64,000 nt of DNA, from positions 82,584,001 through 82,648,000 of the forward strand of contig NC_042999.1 in the NCBI RefSeq assembly GCF_006345805.1. Reading direction: 5' to 3'. A program made the position numbers and the translations under genes. The notes beneath the pieces are model-generated. The model was not told the origin of the DNA. It saw nothing but the letters and a program-made list of their open reading frames with translations, and did not search any database. Shown here in pieces: positions 1 through 13,898 of this stretch (positions are counted from its first letter, which is position 1; each line of letters starts with the position of its first letter). Source of the DNA: Octopus sinensis. Lineage: Eukaryota.

Positions 1-137
1 ATTGTTTTTTTTTTTTTTCTTTTTTAGTCTGAAGAATGGCCGGAAAACACACGGCACGCTATATAAGCTTAAACGGCCATTATCCATTATATTTTCAAAA
101 GCATTAAGCTAATAACTCGCATTTAAATCATAGGTAT

Positions 138-476
138 ATCAAATTGTGTGTGTGTGTGTTTGTGTGTGTTTGTGTATGTATGTATGTATGTATGTATGTA
201 TGTATGTATGTATGTATGTATGCACATATATATGCATGTATGTATAAAGTGAGAGAGAGAGGTTTTAACATATTTCATACATGTACTCCTTAACTCCACT
301 TAAATGGCCTTGAGTTCTTTACTAAATGATAAAGACATTTTAGTTCACATGTGTATATATACATGTCTGTGTGTTTATATGTGTGTGTGTGTGTGTGTGC
401 GTGCGTGTATATATAGACATATATATAACTCTGTGTGTACGTACGTGCGCGCCTGTGTGTACGTTTGTGTGTGTGT

Positions 477-515
<39 letters not shown>

Positions 516-534
516 TGTGTGTGTGTGTGTGTGT

Positions 535-569
<35 letters not shown>

Positions 570-570
570 A
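138..570. repeat. Compound microsatellite region: (TG)n, (TATG)n and (TG)n tracts
   Basis: Seen directly; accounts for the HT/CV-repeat ORFs at 290-621. Confidence 0.95.
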
Positions 571-1433
571 TGTGTCTTTTTCATATTCTTTCTGCAATTT
601 TCGTCTTGGTTTAGTTATTAGTTTGCTTTCAGTTTTTGCATTTTGTTATTTCCTCTTCTCTCTTTTGCTGGTGAGTTAAAAGTATTGAAAAATCTTCGGC
701 CAATCTTTATTGATTTTGGCAAATTTCTACATAGAACGGAAAACCTGAAAGACGCTTGCTGGCACAGTTATGTTATCCCGTAAGTATAGTGCTGACAGGA
801 GTTTGGCAATTGCAGATGCAAGAATGCATCAGCGGCGAAGAGCCTCATAGGAATGGAAGAAGACATGTTATGCCAGTACGAAAAAGACACCAGCTGCAAC
901 TAGCCATTCCTTATATGGAAGTTGATGGACGAAAATGAATATTGCAGAGTAGGCTGACACGTATGCAGTAGACACACACCAGCAAATATTCACAGCGACG
1001 TATACACGCATACACATACATACACACGCATACACATACATACACACGCATATACGCACTTAAATTGCATTCACAAATATACATACATACAGTTCTGTGT
1101 TGTTTCTACACATATATGAATACGGATGCACATACGAGCATACAACATGCAACAATACAAATGCATATGTGCATGCAAGCGACCAGCTCGTAAACAACCA
1201 CTCTTAACTTACTTTTCTATCATAAACTGTATTCCTTTATCGCTCTCTCTCCCCTTTTTCTCCTCCTCTCCTTCTCTCTCTTTAACTCTGTTTCTTTCCC
1301 CTCCCTCTCATTCTCTCTCCCTCTCTTGTTATTTCATCCTTACACTTTATCTCCCTTTGGCTCTCTCTCACCTTCTCTTTCGATTTTTCACGTTCTACAA
1401 TTTCATTGTTTTCATTAGTCACTACTCTGTCTC

Positions 1434-1440
<7 letters not shown>

Positions 1441-1474
<34 letters not shown>

Positions 1475-1526
1475 ATATATATATATATATATATCCCTCT
1501 GTTTCTGCATTTACGTTTGCCACGCA

Positions 1527-1612
<86 letters not shown>
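1441..1612. repeat. (CT)n followed by long (TA)n tracts
   Basis: Seen directly. Confidence 0.95.
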
Positions 1613-1616
<4 letters not shown>

Positions 1617-1789
1617 TGTATATACATATCTGTACTTATCTGAATAAATATATTCATACATACGTACACACACATGAATATATACATGAGGCCATACGAG
1701 AGAAGAAGAAAGAGCTTTGAATAAGGATCCAGGTTAGAGAAGACTTGTACACAATTGGAAAAGAATATAAATGAATTAGGGAACAACTG

Positions 1790-2170
1790 GGAATAAGGAA
1801 GTGTTACCGTACAATCTTACTATCTTACTATCATAAATGCGAAAAGAAAAGACCTTATAAATATTATTGGTACGAAACGATAATAATATCCTGAAATATA
1901 TGTAGTAAATCACATCACTATATCCAAGAACTGGTTTATTGTTTGGAAACATTTGTTACAGAAATATTGTGTTGAAATTGTAACCGAAACAAAAAGAACG
2001 TCACCTAACTTAAATGGAAGAATAGAGGGACAAGAAAAAAGCTGTAAAAGGCGTAAAAGAAAACTGACCGAGTCAATTTTCAGCAAATTTCGTGAAGTAT
2101 ATGGAGAATATCCAAAATGAAACTTACGTGTTGTTGCTTAAGAAGAAAATATGAATGGCGACAAATGATC
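1790..2170 (+). mobile_element. Possible highly decayed RTE-like LINE C-terminal remnant
   Basis: Fragment LNGRIEGQ (~2010-2035) resembles the RTE ORF2 C-terminal 'EG.V.G.R' region; many stops; weak. Confidence 0.25.
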
Positions 2171-2494
2171 TACAGACAACAGAAGAATATATAAAGCAAT
2201 GAATTGTGATAAAGCCAACACAGATATTGCAGCATAAACAAAATCAGAGTGTTTATGATTATGGAACGAATATTTTGTTAACAATTGAAATGCTGCGCCG
2301 AAAGAAACCCCCCAAAAAAATAATAAATAAAATAGAATGACAGATTTAAGTCAAAGAAATGCTTAACAAGTATTCGATACGAGAGCCTATGACTGTAAGA
2401 GTACTGTAACTGGGCATAAGATATCAAAAGACTCCAGAGTCCAATCACATGTTTTGACAATTAAATAATAATCCTTTCTAACTTAAGCACTAGA

Positions 2495-2735
2495 AGAGGT
2501 GGCGAGCTGACTGAATCGTCAATACACCAGGCAAAATGCTTAGCGTCGTCTGTCTTTTTGTTCTGAGTTCAAATTCCACCAAAATCGATTCAGCCGTTCC
2601 AGTTTATTTATCTTTTTTTTTTTTTTTTTTTTGGTGGGGTGATAAAATAAGTCCCAGTTGAGGAAGGGTCGATGTAATTGACTTACGTCCTCTAGTGAAA
2701 TTGCTGGCCTTGTGACAATCTTTGAAACCAATATT
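2495..2735 (+). mobile_element. tRNA-headed SINE, family A
   Basis: Head GGTGGCGAGCTG, B box GAGTTCAAATTCC, body GATAAAATAAGT..GGTCGATGTAATTGAC and tail GGCCTTGTG, all shared with many copies in the window. Confidence 0.9.
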
Positions 2736-2736
2736 A

Positions 2737-2925
2737 AGGAGGTGAGCTGGCAGAATCGTTAGCTTGCCGAACAAAATGCTTCACAGCATTTCATCCGGCT
2801 TTATGCTTTCAATTCAAATACCACCAAAGTCGACTTTGACTTTGATCCTTTCAGGAGTCGATGTAATCGACTTGACCCCTTCCACAAAATTTCATATCTT
2901 GTGCCTTTAGTAGAAAGAATATTAT
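2737..2925 (+). mobile_element. SINE family A (A1 tail), directly tandem to the previous copy
   Basis: AAGGAGGTGAGCTGGCAGAATCGTTAG head; GTCGATGTAATCGAC hairpin; CTTGTGCCTTTAGTAGAAAG tail. Confidence 0.9.
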
Positions 2926-3434
2926 TTTCTTTTGTATTACCAAGCTCTTTAGAAATTAGATATGTATAGCGTTTTTTATTTTGTTTTGTTTCTTGTTTTC
3001 TTATTTTCTGTTTTACCAAAAGTCTTCTACGTCATGCGTGCGAGGTGTAGTTTCTATTTTCACTATGTTGGATATTTTTGTGAGTCATGAATATTACTTG
3101 CACATTCGTCTTCGAGGTTTTTAACTCATTTATAATGCACCTGTTTTCACAAGAATTGTTTCTATTTTTAATCCGCATATTCCGTTTATCTCAATTTCCA
3201 AACCTTTATATTTGGAAAATTTCTCCATTTCTTTTAAAGACACATAATCGATTGCTTGATCTGATACTGCGATAAATATGTGCCATTATCTGTAACTATA
3301 TTCTTTCTTAAGTGATCGGTGAGAAGAAAATGTAGCTAATTGTATCTTCCAACTTCTCCATCTCAGCTTTAATATATTTTCTGTTTCATTACACGATTTC
3401 TTATGGCTTCTTGTGGTAAAGACTCTCTCTTTGC

Positions 3435-3586
3435 AGCCGCGTGGTCTCAGGTTCGGTTTCACTGCGCAGAAACTTTAGCAAGTGACTTGTGAATAAATTT
3501 GATAGATGGAAACTAAGTGGAAGCCCGTCGCATACATGTATGTCTGTGCATGCATGCATGCGTGCGTGCGTGCATGCGTGTATGTG

Positions 3587-3617
<31 letters not shown>

Positions 3618-3629
3618 CTCTGTGTGTGT

Positions 3630-3672
<43 letters not shown>

Positions 3673-3870
3673 AGTGTGTGTTGATCCCTTGCCACTGTTT
3701 GACAGTGTTGATATATTTACGTTTCTATAACCCTAGCAGTTCGGCTAAATGACCGATAGAATAAGTACCAGCCTTTAATAAATATATACTCTGCTCCATT
3801 TGTTCGACTAAACAGTTCAAGGTGGTGCCTCGGCATGACCGCAATTCAATGCCTGAAACAAGAAAAAAGA
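3435..3870 (+). mobile_element. tRNA-headed SINE, family B, with internal (TG)n
   Basis: Head ..GGTTCGGTTTCACTGCG, GAAGCCCGTCG, central TG tract, GATAGAATAAGTAC and tail GGTGGTGC..GCATGACCGCA..CTGAAACAAG; matches copies at 20290, 25068, 25423 and 44774. Confidence 0.85.
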
Positions 3871-4452
3871 CAAAAATTTCTATGCCGTAATCAAGAACCA
3901 TTTGCTATCATAGATGAGACCAGAGCTTCTCAGTCAGTATTGCGATTTTTGTCTATTTGGCCCCTTTTAGAAACAATAAATGGATTCACTACAATATAAT
4001 TGATATGGATATCCGGATTTTAAAAAATGCGTCAATGAAGAGAAGAAAATTCACAAAAAGCCTTTAATATCGTGTTAGATGCAGATAAATGAGATAAGAA
4101 ATACTGTACCATTCACAGAGTTACATATACTTAGAAATCAATGAAGTAATAAGAGTACAGTTAACACGAATGAAAATAAAATGTTAGAAGTTAATATATT
4201 TTAGCGATATTACCAAATCCCATCGATGTCAACCTTTTCTTTCATTCTTTTAGCATCAATAAAATGAAGCACTAATCAAGTAATGGAGTCAATTTAATTG
4301 AATTGACTCCCTCAAAAATATGTGACCTTGCACGAACGTTATAAATCAATATCATAGACACATTAGACTAATATGTAAGACAGCTAAATGCAAGAACAAA
4401 TAAAGTAAGAGACATCGATACTCAAACACTTCCGATATTAAACTACTAATTT

Positions 4453-4990
4453 AAAGCAGCGAGCTGGAGGACCGTTATCGCGCCGTACAAAATGCTTAGC
4501 GGCATTTCGGTCATCTTTACGTTTTGAGCTCGAATTCCACCGAGGTCGACTTTACTTTGAATACTTCAGGGGTCGGTAAAATACCAGTTGTGTAATGGGG
4601 TTGATGTACTCGACTTACCCCATCTCTCGAAGCTTTTGGCCTTGTGACAAAACTTGAAACCACTATTAAGCGACTCATACCGCGCCGGGCAAAATGCTTA
4701 GCCGCATTTCGCCCGTCCTTACGTTCTGAGTTCAAGTTCTTCCGGGAACGAATTTGCTTTCATGGTCGTTAAAATAAAGTACGAGTCAAGTACTTGGGTC
4801 GATGTAATTCACTTGCTTCCCACATCAGACTTTCTTGGCTTGAGCCAAAACTAAGTAATTCAGCTGAATTAAGGCGGCAAAATAGCAGAGTCGTTCCGAG
4901 TGTCAGATAGAATACTTTATGGTATTACTTCCACAGTTTGTACTCTGAGTTCAGATCCCACTGAGGTTAGTATAAAATGGTCGATATAAA
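4453..4990 (+). mobile_element. Three head-to-tail SINE family A copies (approx. 4453-4668, 4670-4860, 4870-4990)
   Basis: Repeated AAATGCTTAGC..CATTTCG..GTTCTGAGTTC modules; the third copy is degenerate. Confidence 0.8.
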
Positions 4991-5289
4991 AGACTATCGA
5001 TCCCTCGCAGTGATTTGGTGTAACTGTAAGAACATCAACCTGGATATCTTGTGTTATTCGTCCAAGCTTTTTGCGTTCTGAGTACAAATCCCGCTATGCA
5101 CCACGAGTGGCAAATTTAATCCTGTCACAGGCTAAACACCATCGGTCATCTTCGTCACCTTGAGCAGGCCCATTCTGTTATGAGCATTCGGTACAGGTTT
5201 CCAGCATGAGAACATTTTCCTAATTCGCTTTCTCCCACCAGTCTCGAAAGCTCTGTAAAAGGGTCCCGAACACTACTTTATCCCCTAAC

Positions 5290-5900
5290 TGAAAGAAACA
5301 CTAAATGAGTTAGGAAAACTGGATGGAAAAAAATTCAAATTGCTCACTGAATAAGTACATACCCTGCGTAAAGTCTCACCTTGAAAGATTTTGTTGACCA
5401 GAATATGCAATTGGAAAATTGTTATAAACTATCCAGGGTATGATTACGAGACCTTGTAAATGTTGACAGGGTGATTAATATAATTAACTAAAAAAAACAC
5501 AAACAAAACGAAAACAATTTTCTGTCTTTAGGGAAGTCAACAAATACAAAACCAGTGGTCATAGGTGTGAGAAGATAAACAACACAAATAAAGTTAACTT
5601 GAAATGGGATTACAGGATGACCAGCAATGCTCTACTTATCTGGTAAGATTGGACAAAACAGAGGTTGATGAAGAATAATCTCAGCCATGGGTAAGATGCA
5701 TTGAATTCCAAATAGAGGCAGGAGGATTTTAGATTGCATCGCAAGAGTAATCTTTCACAGAAGAAACTGCGAAAACAAAAGAAAGTGGCCAAAAGATAAT
5801 ATTATGTATAACAAAATTATTTATATAAAGCTACATTGAGGATATATGTATGCGCTATATAAGGAAATCCAAATCACTTTAGGTTCAAGGAATTACGGAT
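5290..5900 (+). mobile_element. Decayed RLE-type (R4/Dong-like) LINE ORF remnant
   Basis: Peptides LNELGKLDGKKFKLLT, QLENCYK and EAGGF*IASQE match the 'EL.KLD.KTRKLLT..QLE..YK..ETEGF..A.QEQ' pattern of this group; many stops. Confidence 0.55.
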
Positions 5901-6269
5901 ATATGGAAATAGTGATAAGCAGAATTTAGGGATTGAAAATGGAATCAATACTCACAATAATAGTGATCTAAGAAATGATTGAAAACGAAGCAGACAAATA
6001 TTTCATCAAAATCCCATCATTTACAAATATGCATAAAGTTACAGAAACTAGTTGTGTAATTCTGTGCACATATTAGGTAGAACTACTTCAGTGTGATAGA
6101 AAACCAATACAAAAACAAAACGCTTCACATACTCGAGGTAAAGTATAGATTCTGCTTTGTTGTGCAGTGAATGTACACAATAATAATGAACGAAAAGGGA
6201 AAAAAAATTGTTTGCTTTTGGAGGTTGTGGAATATAGGAAAATTACTAATTTCAAAGAAGTTCCAAACT

Positions 6270-6900
6270 CTAATCTTCTTCAAAGCAGAATCCTCTGACT
6301 TCATTGCATTTATTATAGTGCTGTTGTTACTTTGTGAAGGCCGCATGGAGATCCTTCAAAGTAAATATATCCAGGATGCTTGTCACATTCTTCTTCATCT
6401 TAGAGAAAACCAATAGTCACAGGGTATAAACTCTGGTCGGTAGAGCGGGTAAGTGAGAGTTATGATATTCATCTCTGTCAAGTTGTTAGTTATCAGGATG
6501 GTCGTCACTGAGCACTCTGGGAAAAACCTTTGCGCAAATTTTGTACATGTTCAAACCTTCATGAAAGATTCTGTTTACAAACTCCGAACTTTTATGTTCA
6601 ATGTCTTCAACTAGAAAATCACGATAGTCTTCATCCAGAAAGTTACGTATTTTCTCAACCTGATCTGATGTCCTGACGTCCCTCTCCTTCCCACGCCTCA
6701 TGGTTTTAGCTTCACTCTATCGTCATTGAACCTCTTGTGTTCGGCTGATACAAGTTAATCCATATGGAGTCATAACTTTCTGTAACGTTTTGTCCAGTTT
6801 AACATATCCTCACGACCCATAAGCATCATGAAAGTTAGTCACCTGCGACAAGTAGTGTTTAGTAAACAGTGTGTTCAAAGTGTTGTTACAACCGTTTCTT
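6270..6900 (-). mobile_element. Mariner transposase remnant with the catalytic core largely deleted
   Basis: IFHEGLNMYKICAKVFPRVLS (WVPR-type motif), PLYRPEFIPCDYW (YSPDLAPCD motif) and C-terminal AAFTK*QQHYNKCNEVRGFCFE. Confidence 0.8.
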
Positions 6901-7115
6901 TTAATTTGGAATAACCAAAGTCAGCGGGTTCGCTTATTAGATGTAAAGTAATGATGTCCTAACATTACAATAATATAGGACAGTTATAACTGCCTCTCTT
7001 TAAAAAGTCTCAAAACTCCAGGAATGCAAATAGTATTTTTGACCAGCTCCAACTGCGTAGATGTGACTTGGAAAAGCGTAAATTGATAGAAAATATCCAG
7101 TTTTTTCCCGATAAT

Positions 7116-7150
<35 letters not shown>

Positions 7151-7154
<4 letters not shown>

Positions 7155-7279
7155 AGTAACCACTATGTGGTCGACTCTGGGACTAAAAATAGATCCGCTA
7201 GGTTTCAGCCACAAAGAATTGTTTCCGATGAAAGTTGGCACGACTACTAGCGCAGACGATCACATAGTGGCTACTCTCT
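7151..7279. mobile_element. MITE-like element, 129 bp, with 23-bp terminal inverted repeats
   Basis: 7151-7173 AGAGAGTAACCACTATGTGGTCG versus the reverse complement of 7257-7279 AGAGAGTAGCCACTATGTGATCG (2 mismatches); adjoins (TA)n. Confidence 0.75.
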
Positions 7280-7624
7280 TATATTTATGTATAAAATTCA
7301 TTGTAATCCAGGTTTTTATGCACTAAGCCACTTAGTGTTAAATGGATGTACTATTAAATTAGTATCCAATTTTCTCACCCTTATTAGTTGATTATATATA
7401 TATATATCATCTACCACCACCTTTACCATGCAGAGATATTAATTCAAAGTCTGTAGTGGTAGACATGATTTGATCCTAAAACTTTTAAGTGAAACTAAAA
7501 CCTGAAACAACATACTTGGCCTGGTTCTCTGCCATGACAGCTGTTCTATCATGCTAGTAGAATGCTTAATAATCAATGCAAAAATTCTAAAACATTACTC
7601 CAAAAATGGCAAACCTGCAGAATA

Positions 7625-7638
7625 TGTGTGTGTGTGTA

Positions 7639-7688
<50 letters not shown>

Positions 7689-7734
7689 TAGATAGAGAGA
7701 GAGAGAGAGATAGATAGATACATACATACATACA

Positions 7735-7766
<32 letters not shown>

Positions 7767-7771
7767 CATAC

Positions 7772-7834
<63 letters not shown>

Positions 7835-7835
7835 T
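7625..7835. repeat. Compound microsatellite (TA)(GA)(TACA)(GATA)
   Basis: Seen directly. Confidence 0.95.
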
Positions 7836-8454
7836 GCATATAACACTTGTGTTCAAAATTGTTTCTAGGGAAACATTTCAAAAGACCTTCTTTCTTTGAA
7901 ATCTAAAACATTGCGGCAAGAATTCCGTTCGGAATTACCATTTCCAAAGTCGAAGTTATAAATGGTAAAAATAAACGTACACCTGTTAAAAGAATAAGAA
8001 TTTTGTGGGGAAAAAAAACTAAAAATTAATTTTGGTTTCTCACTTCTACTATTACTGATCCTTTCAAATTTTCAATCTCTTATTCTAGTTTCATTGATAT
8101 TGTATACCATTAACATTGATTCCAACAGCATCTTATATATCCAGATGACAACAAGAAAAAGTTGGTGCTTTTGTTAGGTGTATGATTGCTGTGTTCACTG
8201 GAGTGTTTTTTTAATATTTTTGATATATATTTTTTAGTTAGAATCTGCTTTGTTAACACTGGAACTATTATTACTGGTGCTAAAAAGTTCGAACTTTACC
8301 TCAGTGATTACCCAACCATACACATATATATGAGTGTTTGTGAGTGGGCGTGTGTGTGTGTGTGCATGTTTGAGTGAGTTTATATATATATGTGTGTATA
8401 TGTGGAGTGTGATTTTTGTATGAGCACGCGTATTTGCATGTACACGCATGTGTA

Positions 8455-8567
<113 letters not shown>

Positions 8568-8969
8568 ATATTATTTCTTTCGTATATAACTTCTACCTAG
8601 TCCAGAATATTCTCAAATAACTCGACTTGAAAAAAGAACCAATACCACGCACGATAACACAACTTATATGTGTATGTATAAATGTGTCTGTGTGTGTGTG
8701 TGTTGTTTTATTGTTTTATCTCTTGGGATATTGCCTGTTCGGCATGATATTTGGGAATAGGGCGATCTATAGGTTATATGACATATGAAATCAGCCACAC
8801 GAGAAACGAAATTCGATTAAAAAACAAAAAAATGATGCTAACGTATTCTTTTTACATATGAAGAGAATTTCTGTCGGAAATTAATGCATACGAAATTTAG
8901 AATCGCAAATACATTCAAATTCTGACTAGAATTTCTTAATATTATATTATATTATATTATATCATATAT

Positions 8970-9415
8970 AAAGGCGGTGTGTTGGCAGAATCGTTACCGT
9001 ACCAGACACAATGCTTTGCAGCATTTTGTCTGTCTTTACATTCTGAGTTCAAATTTCACCGAGGCCAACATTATCGTTCATCCTTTCAGAGTCGATGAAA
9101 TAAGTACCAACTAGACATTAGGGATCGATGCCATCGTCTTCCTCTTCACACGAAATCGCTGGCCTTGTCCCAAAATTTGACATTAATGTTATATTAGAGA
9201 AGGCTGGGAGCTGGTAGAATCGTTAGCACGCCGGGTAAGTGGCATTTCGTCTATCTTCACGTTGTCAGTTCAAATTCCGCCAAGGTTGACTTTGCCTGTC
9301 ACCCTTTTGGAGTGGATAAAAATAAGTATTACTTGAGCACTGAGATCAATGTAATCGATCTAGCCCCCACCCCACGCAAATTTGAAGGCTCTCGGCCAAA
9401 ATTTGAAAACAATAT
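8970..9415 (+). mobile_element. Two tandem SINE family A copies (approx. 8970-9185 and 9200-9415)
   Basis: Two AAGGC..GCTGG.AGAATCGTTA heads, each with a B box and body. Confidence 0.85.
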
Positions 9416-9457
9416 TATATATATATATATCATACATTTATATATATATATATATAT

Positions 9458-9940
<483 letters not shown>

Positions 9941-9979
9941 CATGGGTGATTTGATTGATTGACTATAGGGTTAAATAAG

Positions 9980-10190
9980 TCGGCGAAATGACAGAAATGT
10001 TAGCTCGCTGAAAATGCTTAAGCAGCATTTTCTCTCTACAATCTGAGTTCAAATTCTGCCTTAGTCGACTTCGCCTTTTATCCTTTCAGGGTCGATGAAA
10101 TAAGCACCAGTTGAGCCCTTGGGTCGATGTAAAGCCTAGCTCCTCTCACAAAACTTCAGGCTTTGTATCTATAGTATAAACGATTACAAG
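9980..10190 (+). mobile_element. SINE family A (A1 tail), diverged
   Basis: AAAATGCTTAAGCAGCATTT, GAGTTCAAATTC, GGGTCGATGAAATAAG and TATAGTATAAACG tail. Confidence 0.8.
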
Positions 10191-10720
10191 GTCAAATTTT
10201 TATTCTCTAATAACTAATAAGTGGATGGAATCGGCTGTAAGACTATCGAAACTTATTTTATTCAAGATTTTGTTGTAGTTTCAAACTTTTAATATCGTTT
10301 ATCTCATAGACTGAATTTTCTTTTTAAACTAGAAGGAGAAAAAGAAAAGGAAAAAAGAACTTAGTCTAAAGTGTCACTCTCCGTCCCAGCTGGTCTTATT
10401 TAATCATTGTTAACTACATGGAGTAGTTATAAGGAACAGGTTTTCCTCGCCATAGTTATTAAACTTATATAACTGTGAGATGAAATCTCCTATGATATCA
10501 TTATTACTAAAACAGGCATCATCACTTTCATCAGATTAGGTATTTTTTCCTAGGCTTGCAGGGGGCAATTTTAATTTTTAATTTCTGAAAGTCTGTAGCT
10601 GAAAGGAAAAATCATACACGGATATATATGAAGTTATATATACATACATCCATCCATCCATACATACATACATACATACATACATACATACATACATACA
10701 TACATACATACATACATACA

Positions 10721-10756
<36 letters not shown>

Positions 10757-10901
10757 TATATGCTAATAATATAGCCTGGACAAGATAAGTTTAGCATTAT
10801 CCTGCGTTTGAGAATTTAAAATCACTTCTTTAACTTTCTAAGAAATCTCAACGCTTCTAAAGCAAATTTCGTTTGTTTATTTACGTTCATCATAATTTGA
10901 A

Positions 10902-10949
<48 letters not shown>

Positions 10950-11064
10950 CATATATAAATGTGTGTGTATAGGTTGCGTGTATATATATATTTAAATATT
11001 TATATATACATACACACAAACACGCACGCACACATACACAACACAGACACACACATATATATGC

Positions 11065-11109
<45 letters not shown>

Positions 11110-11218
11110 TAAATGTGTGTGTATAGGTTGCGTGTATATATATATTTAAATATTTATATATACATACACACAAACACGCACGCACACATACACAACACAG
11201 ACACACACATATATATGC

Positions 11219-11265
<47 letters not shown>
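10950..11265. repeat. Tandem duplication, period 154 bp (about 120 bp unique plus TA tract)
   Basis: CATATATAAATGTGTGTGTATAGGTTGCG..GCATG at 10950 and again at 11104, identical by eye. Confidence 0.9.
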
Positions 11266-11268
<3 letters not shown>

Positions 11269-11529
11269 AGTGTAACTGTCTATTTCAGGGACATTCGATG
11301 TGGGTTTTTTAAGCAATACAGTATTTGTCATAAAGAGAAGCATCAGTAGCGCAAATTTGTGCTTTTTGTAAATTTTAATTTGTTTATGCAGATATTTGTA
11401 TAGTTTTTATTTGTATTTTTCAAACTCAAATAACTGATGACGATTGGGAAATGACAGCTGTTGGTGGTAACATGGGATATAAAGAGCCTGAAGAGTGAAG
11501 AAACTAGAAATAAATCTGAGAGGAAATTT

Positions 11530-12150
11530 TATAAGAAAAGTCCTGCAAATCTATTCATGAGTTGTTAAGGAAATTTCAGAAAACGGTATCTGTGCATGAT
11601 GACAGAAAGTCTTGAGAAAGATTTGAATTTGTTCGAGAATAATTTGCCGAGGATTCGCAATTATCGACTCGTAACGTAGCTGGCACGTTGAAAATTCTTC
11701 GTGCATCAATCCACAGAATCCTACAGAATGATCTGAATAAAAACGCTTATCACATTCAAGTTGTTCACGACTTACAAGAAGAGGATTATCCATGCAGATC
11801 AGCGATGTGCGCTGAGCTTATTGATCAAACTGAACAGAATTCTGTCTATTAAATCGGCGCTTCCATTGATGAAGCGACCTTCCACACTCGTGGAAACGTT
11901 AATTGGCATAATTGTTGCATTTGGGGAAGCAAGAATCCAACTAAAGATCTTGAATGGGAGAGAGATACACCGGAGGTGATATGACTAAATCAACTGTGTA
12001 TGGATCCGTCTTCTTCGCAGAGACCACTGCCGTGGGAACTGTGTATTTTGATATGCTTAAACGATTCTTCGAACCTCTATGTCTTACAGATGGAATTTTG
12101 ACACAGTAGTTTTTCAACAGGTTGGAATATCATGCCATTATGCAAAGATG
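11530..12150 (+). mobile_element. Tc1/mariner-superfamily transposase remnant (DUF4817-type N-terminus)
   Basis: KFQKTVSVHDDRKS, DLNKNAYHIQVVHDL, IDEATFHTRGNVNWHNCCIWGSKNP, ERDTPEV, VYFDMLKRFF and VFQQVG; stops and frameshifts. Confidence 0.85.
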
Positions 12151-12249
12151 GTACAAAATTATCTTGACAAACGATTCGGACTTCATAGTCCGAATTGTTG
12201 CAGACTTCACAGACCCTCCGAAATCGGTGAAATCAATGCTACTTGAAAC

Positions 12250-13020
12250 ATTGCGAGAGAAAAAGTGCTGCAAAGACATGAGCAGGGTGAGTTGCAGAAG
12301 GGTGACGTTCTATAAAGGAAGGATGGAGCGTAGAGATTAGTGCGGGGACTGAGTATTACTGAGGATTTAATAGAGAAAGTCAAAGCTATATGAATGGCTT
12401 ATGAATGCCTGAATAGAGGTGACATAGTTCTGCCTGTCTCGATGAGGAAAGGCCATTATAGCAACCGTACAAAAGGTTGAGGGGGAGACATATACCTGTA
12501 AGCCAGAGGCTGAGGCATGTGTGTAAGTGATTGTGTATTAATCTCTTAGGTTTGTGGGTTGGGATTCTGAATGCGGTATAAGATGAATGTTTGGAGCAGC
12601 AGCATCACAGATGTGAGAACAAGTCTTCCATTGTGGATTCTAGTTGCGCGCTGCTTATGATAAAGGAATCTGTGGGACGATAGTGTTTTCTTGATATGAA
12701 CAGTGTTGATATTTTCTTGCTGAAAGAGACAAAAATTGGCAATGCTCCATTGGAGGATGCTTTCAACGTCTCTTTTCATAGAATCTGTGTGGATTTGCCG
12801 TTTGATATCTAGTGGATGATGCAGTGTTAGGGAAGGTTAGACACAAATGAAGTGTAATGTCATCGGCGTAGTTGGACGTGGCGGCAAGTGATACCAAAGG
12901 TATGCCGGGGCTGATTGAATGAGGAAAGAAAGAGTTCTGGCAACATTTACCACGAAAGCATAACTTGATCCAAGTTACTGATCCAAGAGAATAGGATTTC
13001 ATGAGAAGTGATCCGTGTTG
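12250..13020 (-). mobile_element. CR1/Jockey-group LINE RT and C-terminal remnant
   Basis: SNYADDITLH (RT YADD motif), SILQWSIANF and RTNLYAPSFLYRTSPFCNS (RT..Y..SF..RT..LWN motif); frameshifted. Confidence 0.7.
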
Positions 13021-13331
13021 CAGGCTAAGGAATAATTAGTTTACAAATGTAATACTTTCTAGTGAATAAGATTGAACACATAAGGCAAAATGCATTTTTA
13101 TTAAATAGAGTTTGGTTCATTCTAAGATTCTTATAATAATAATAATAATAATACAAGAGAAGGCACAGCACTACTATTAGCAAGTATCTGAAACGTTCTT
13201 GCAGCAAGTCGGATAGTGTCTTATGGGTTTGCACCTTTAATAAAAGTGTCTGAAAAAAAAACGGGAAATCTGACGTGAAAAATATGTTGGCTGCCACTTA
13301 CTGCTTGTGAGGTGTCAGTTATTTAGATTTT

Positions 13332-13374
<43 letters not shown>

Positions 13375-13442
13375 GTATGTATGTGTGTATCTATGTATGT
13401 ATCTATGTATGTATATATATATATATATATATAAATATATAT

Positions 13443-13858
13443 ACGAGCAAAACGCCCCCTGTCTAATGGTCGGTGCTGAGTTGTCAAATATTTCAACCAA
13501 ATTTCCTCAAAACAATTTGTCCAAGCGTCCCATAGGCCTCCCTCTTTGAGAAACACTGATTTAACCAAAATTTGAGACACCAGCAAAAACGATTTTATTC
13601 ACACAAATATGCGACCGAAGAGTTGAAAGTACCAGTAAGTACATCGCAGCAGCTGATGTACTTGCGCGTGCAAATGCACATTCCCACGGCTTTATCGATT
13701 GCATTCTCACCTGGAATCGATTTTTGTAATTTTTGCAAGACTTATACACGCCCTGATACCGTCGGTATCTACATATCAATTTCAAGCGCAATTGGATGGA
13801 GGATGCCCGAGATCCTAGAAGACACTCACACACATACACAGACAGACAGAACGTATTT

Positions 13859-13866
<8 letters not shown>
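13443..13866 (+). mobile_element. Non-autonomous Helitron-type element, family 2, copy 1
   Basis: T|ACGAGCAAAAC..GTCTAATGG start and GGATGGAGGATGCCCGAGATCCTAG..ACAGACAGAC..TTTTATATAATA end; collinear with 29891-30276. Confidence 0.7.

Positions 13867-13898
<32 letters not shown>

Noticed and set aside
756-938. Unique, coding-looking stretch
   Set aside because: No recognisable motif and no convincing splice-site pair; the other frames contain stops.
10381-10598. Strong minus-strand acceptor (ttttcctttcag) followed by TDFQKLKIKIAPCKPRKKYLI*
   Set aside because: Could be a terminal exon, but there is no supporting homology or linked upstream exon; not supportable from sequence alone.
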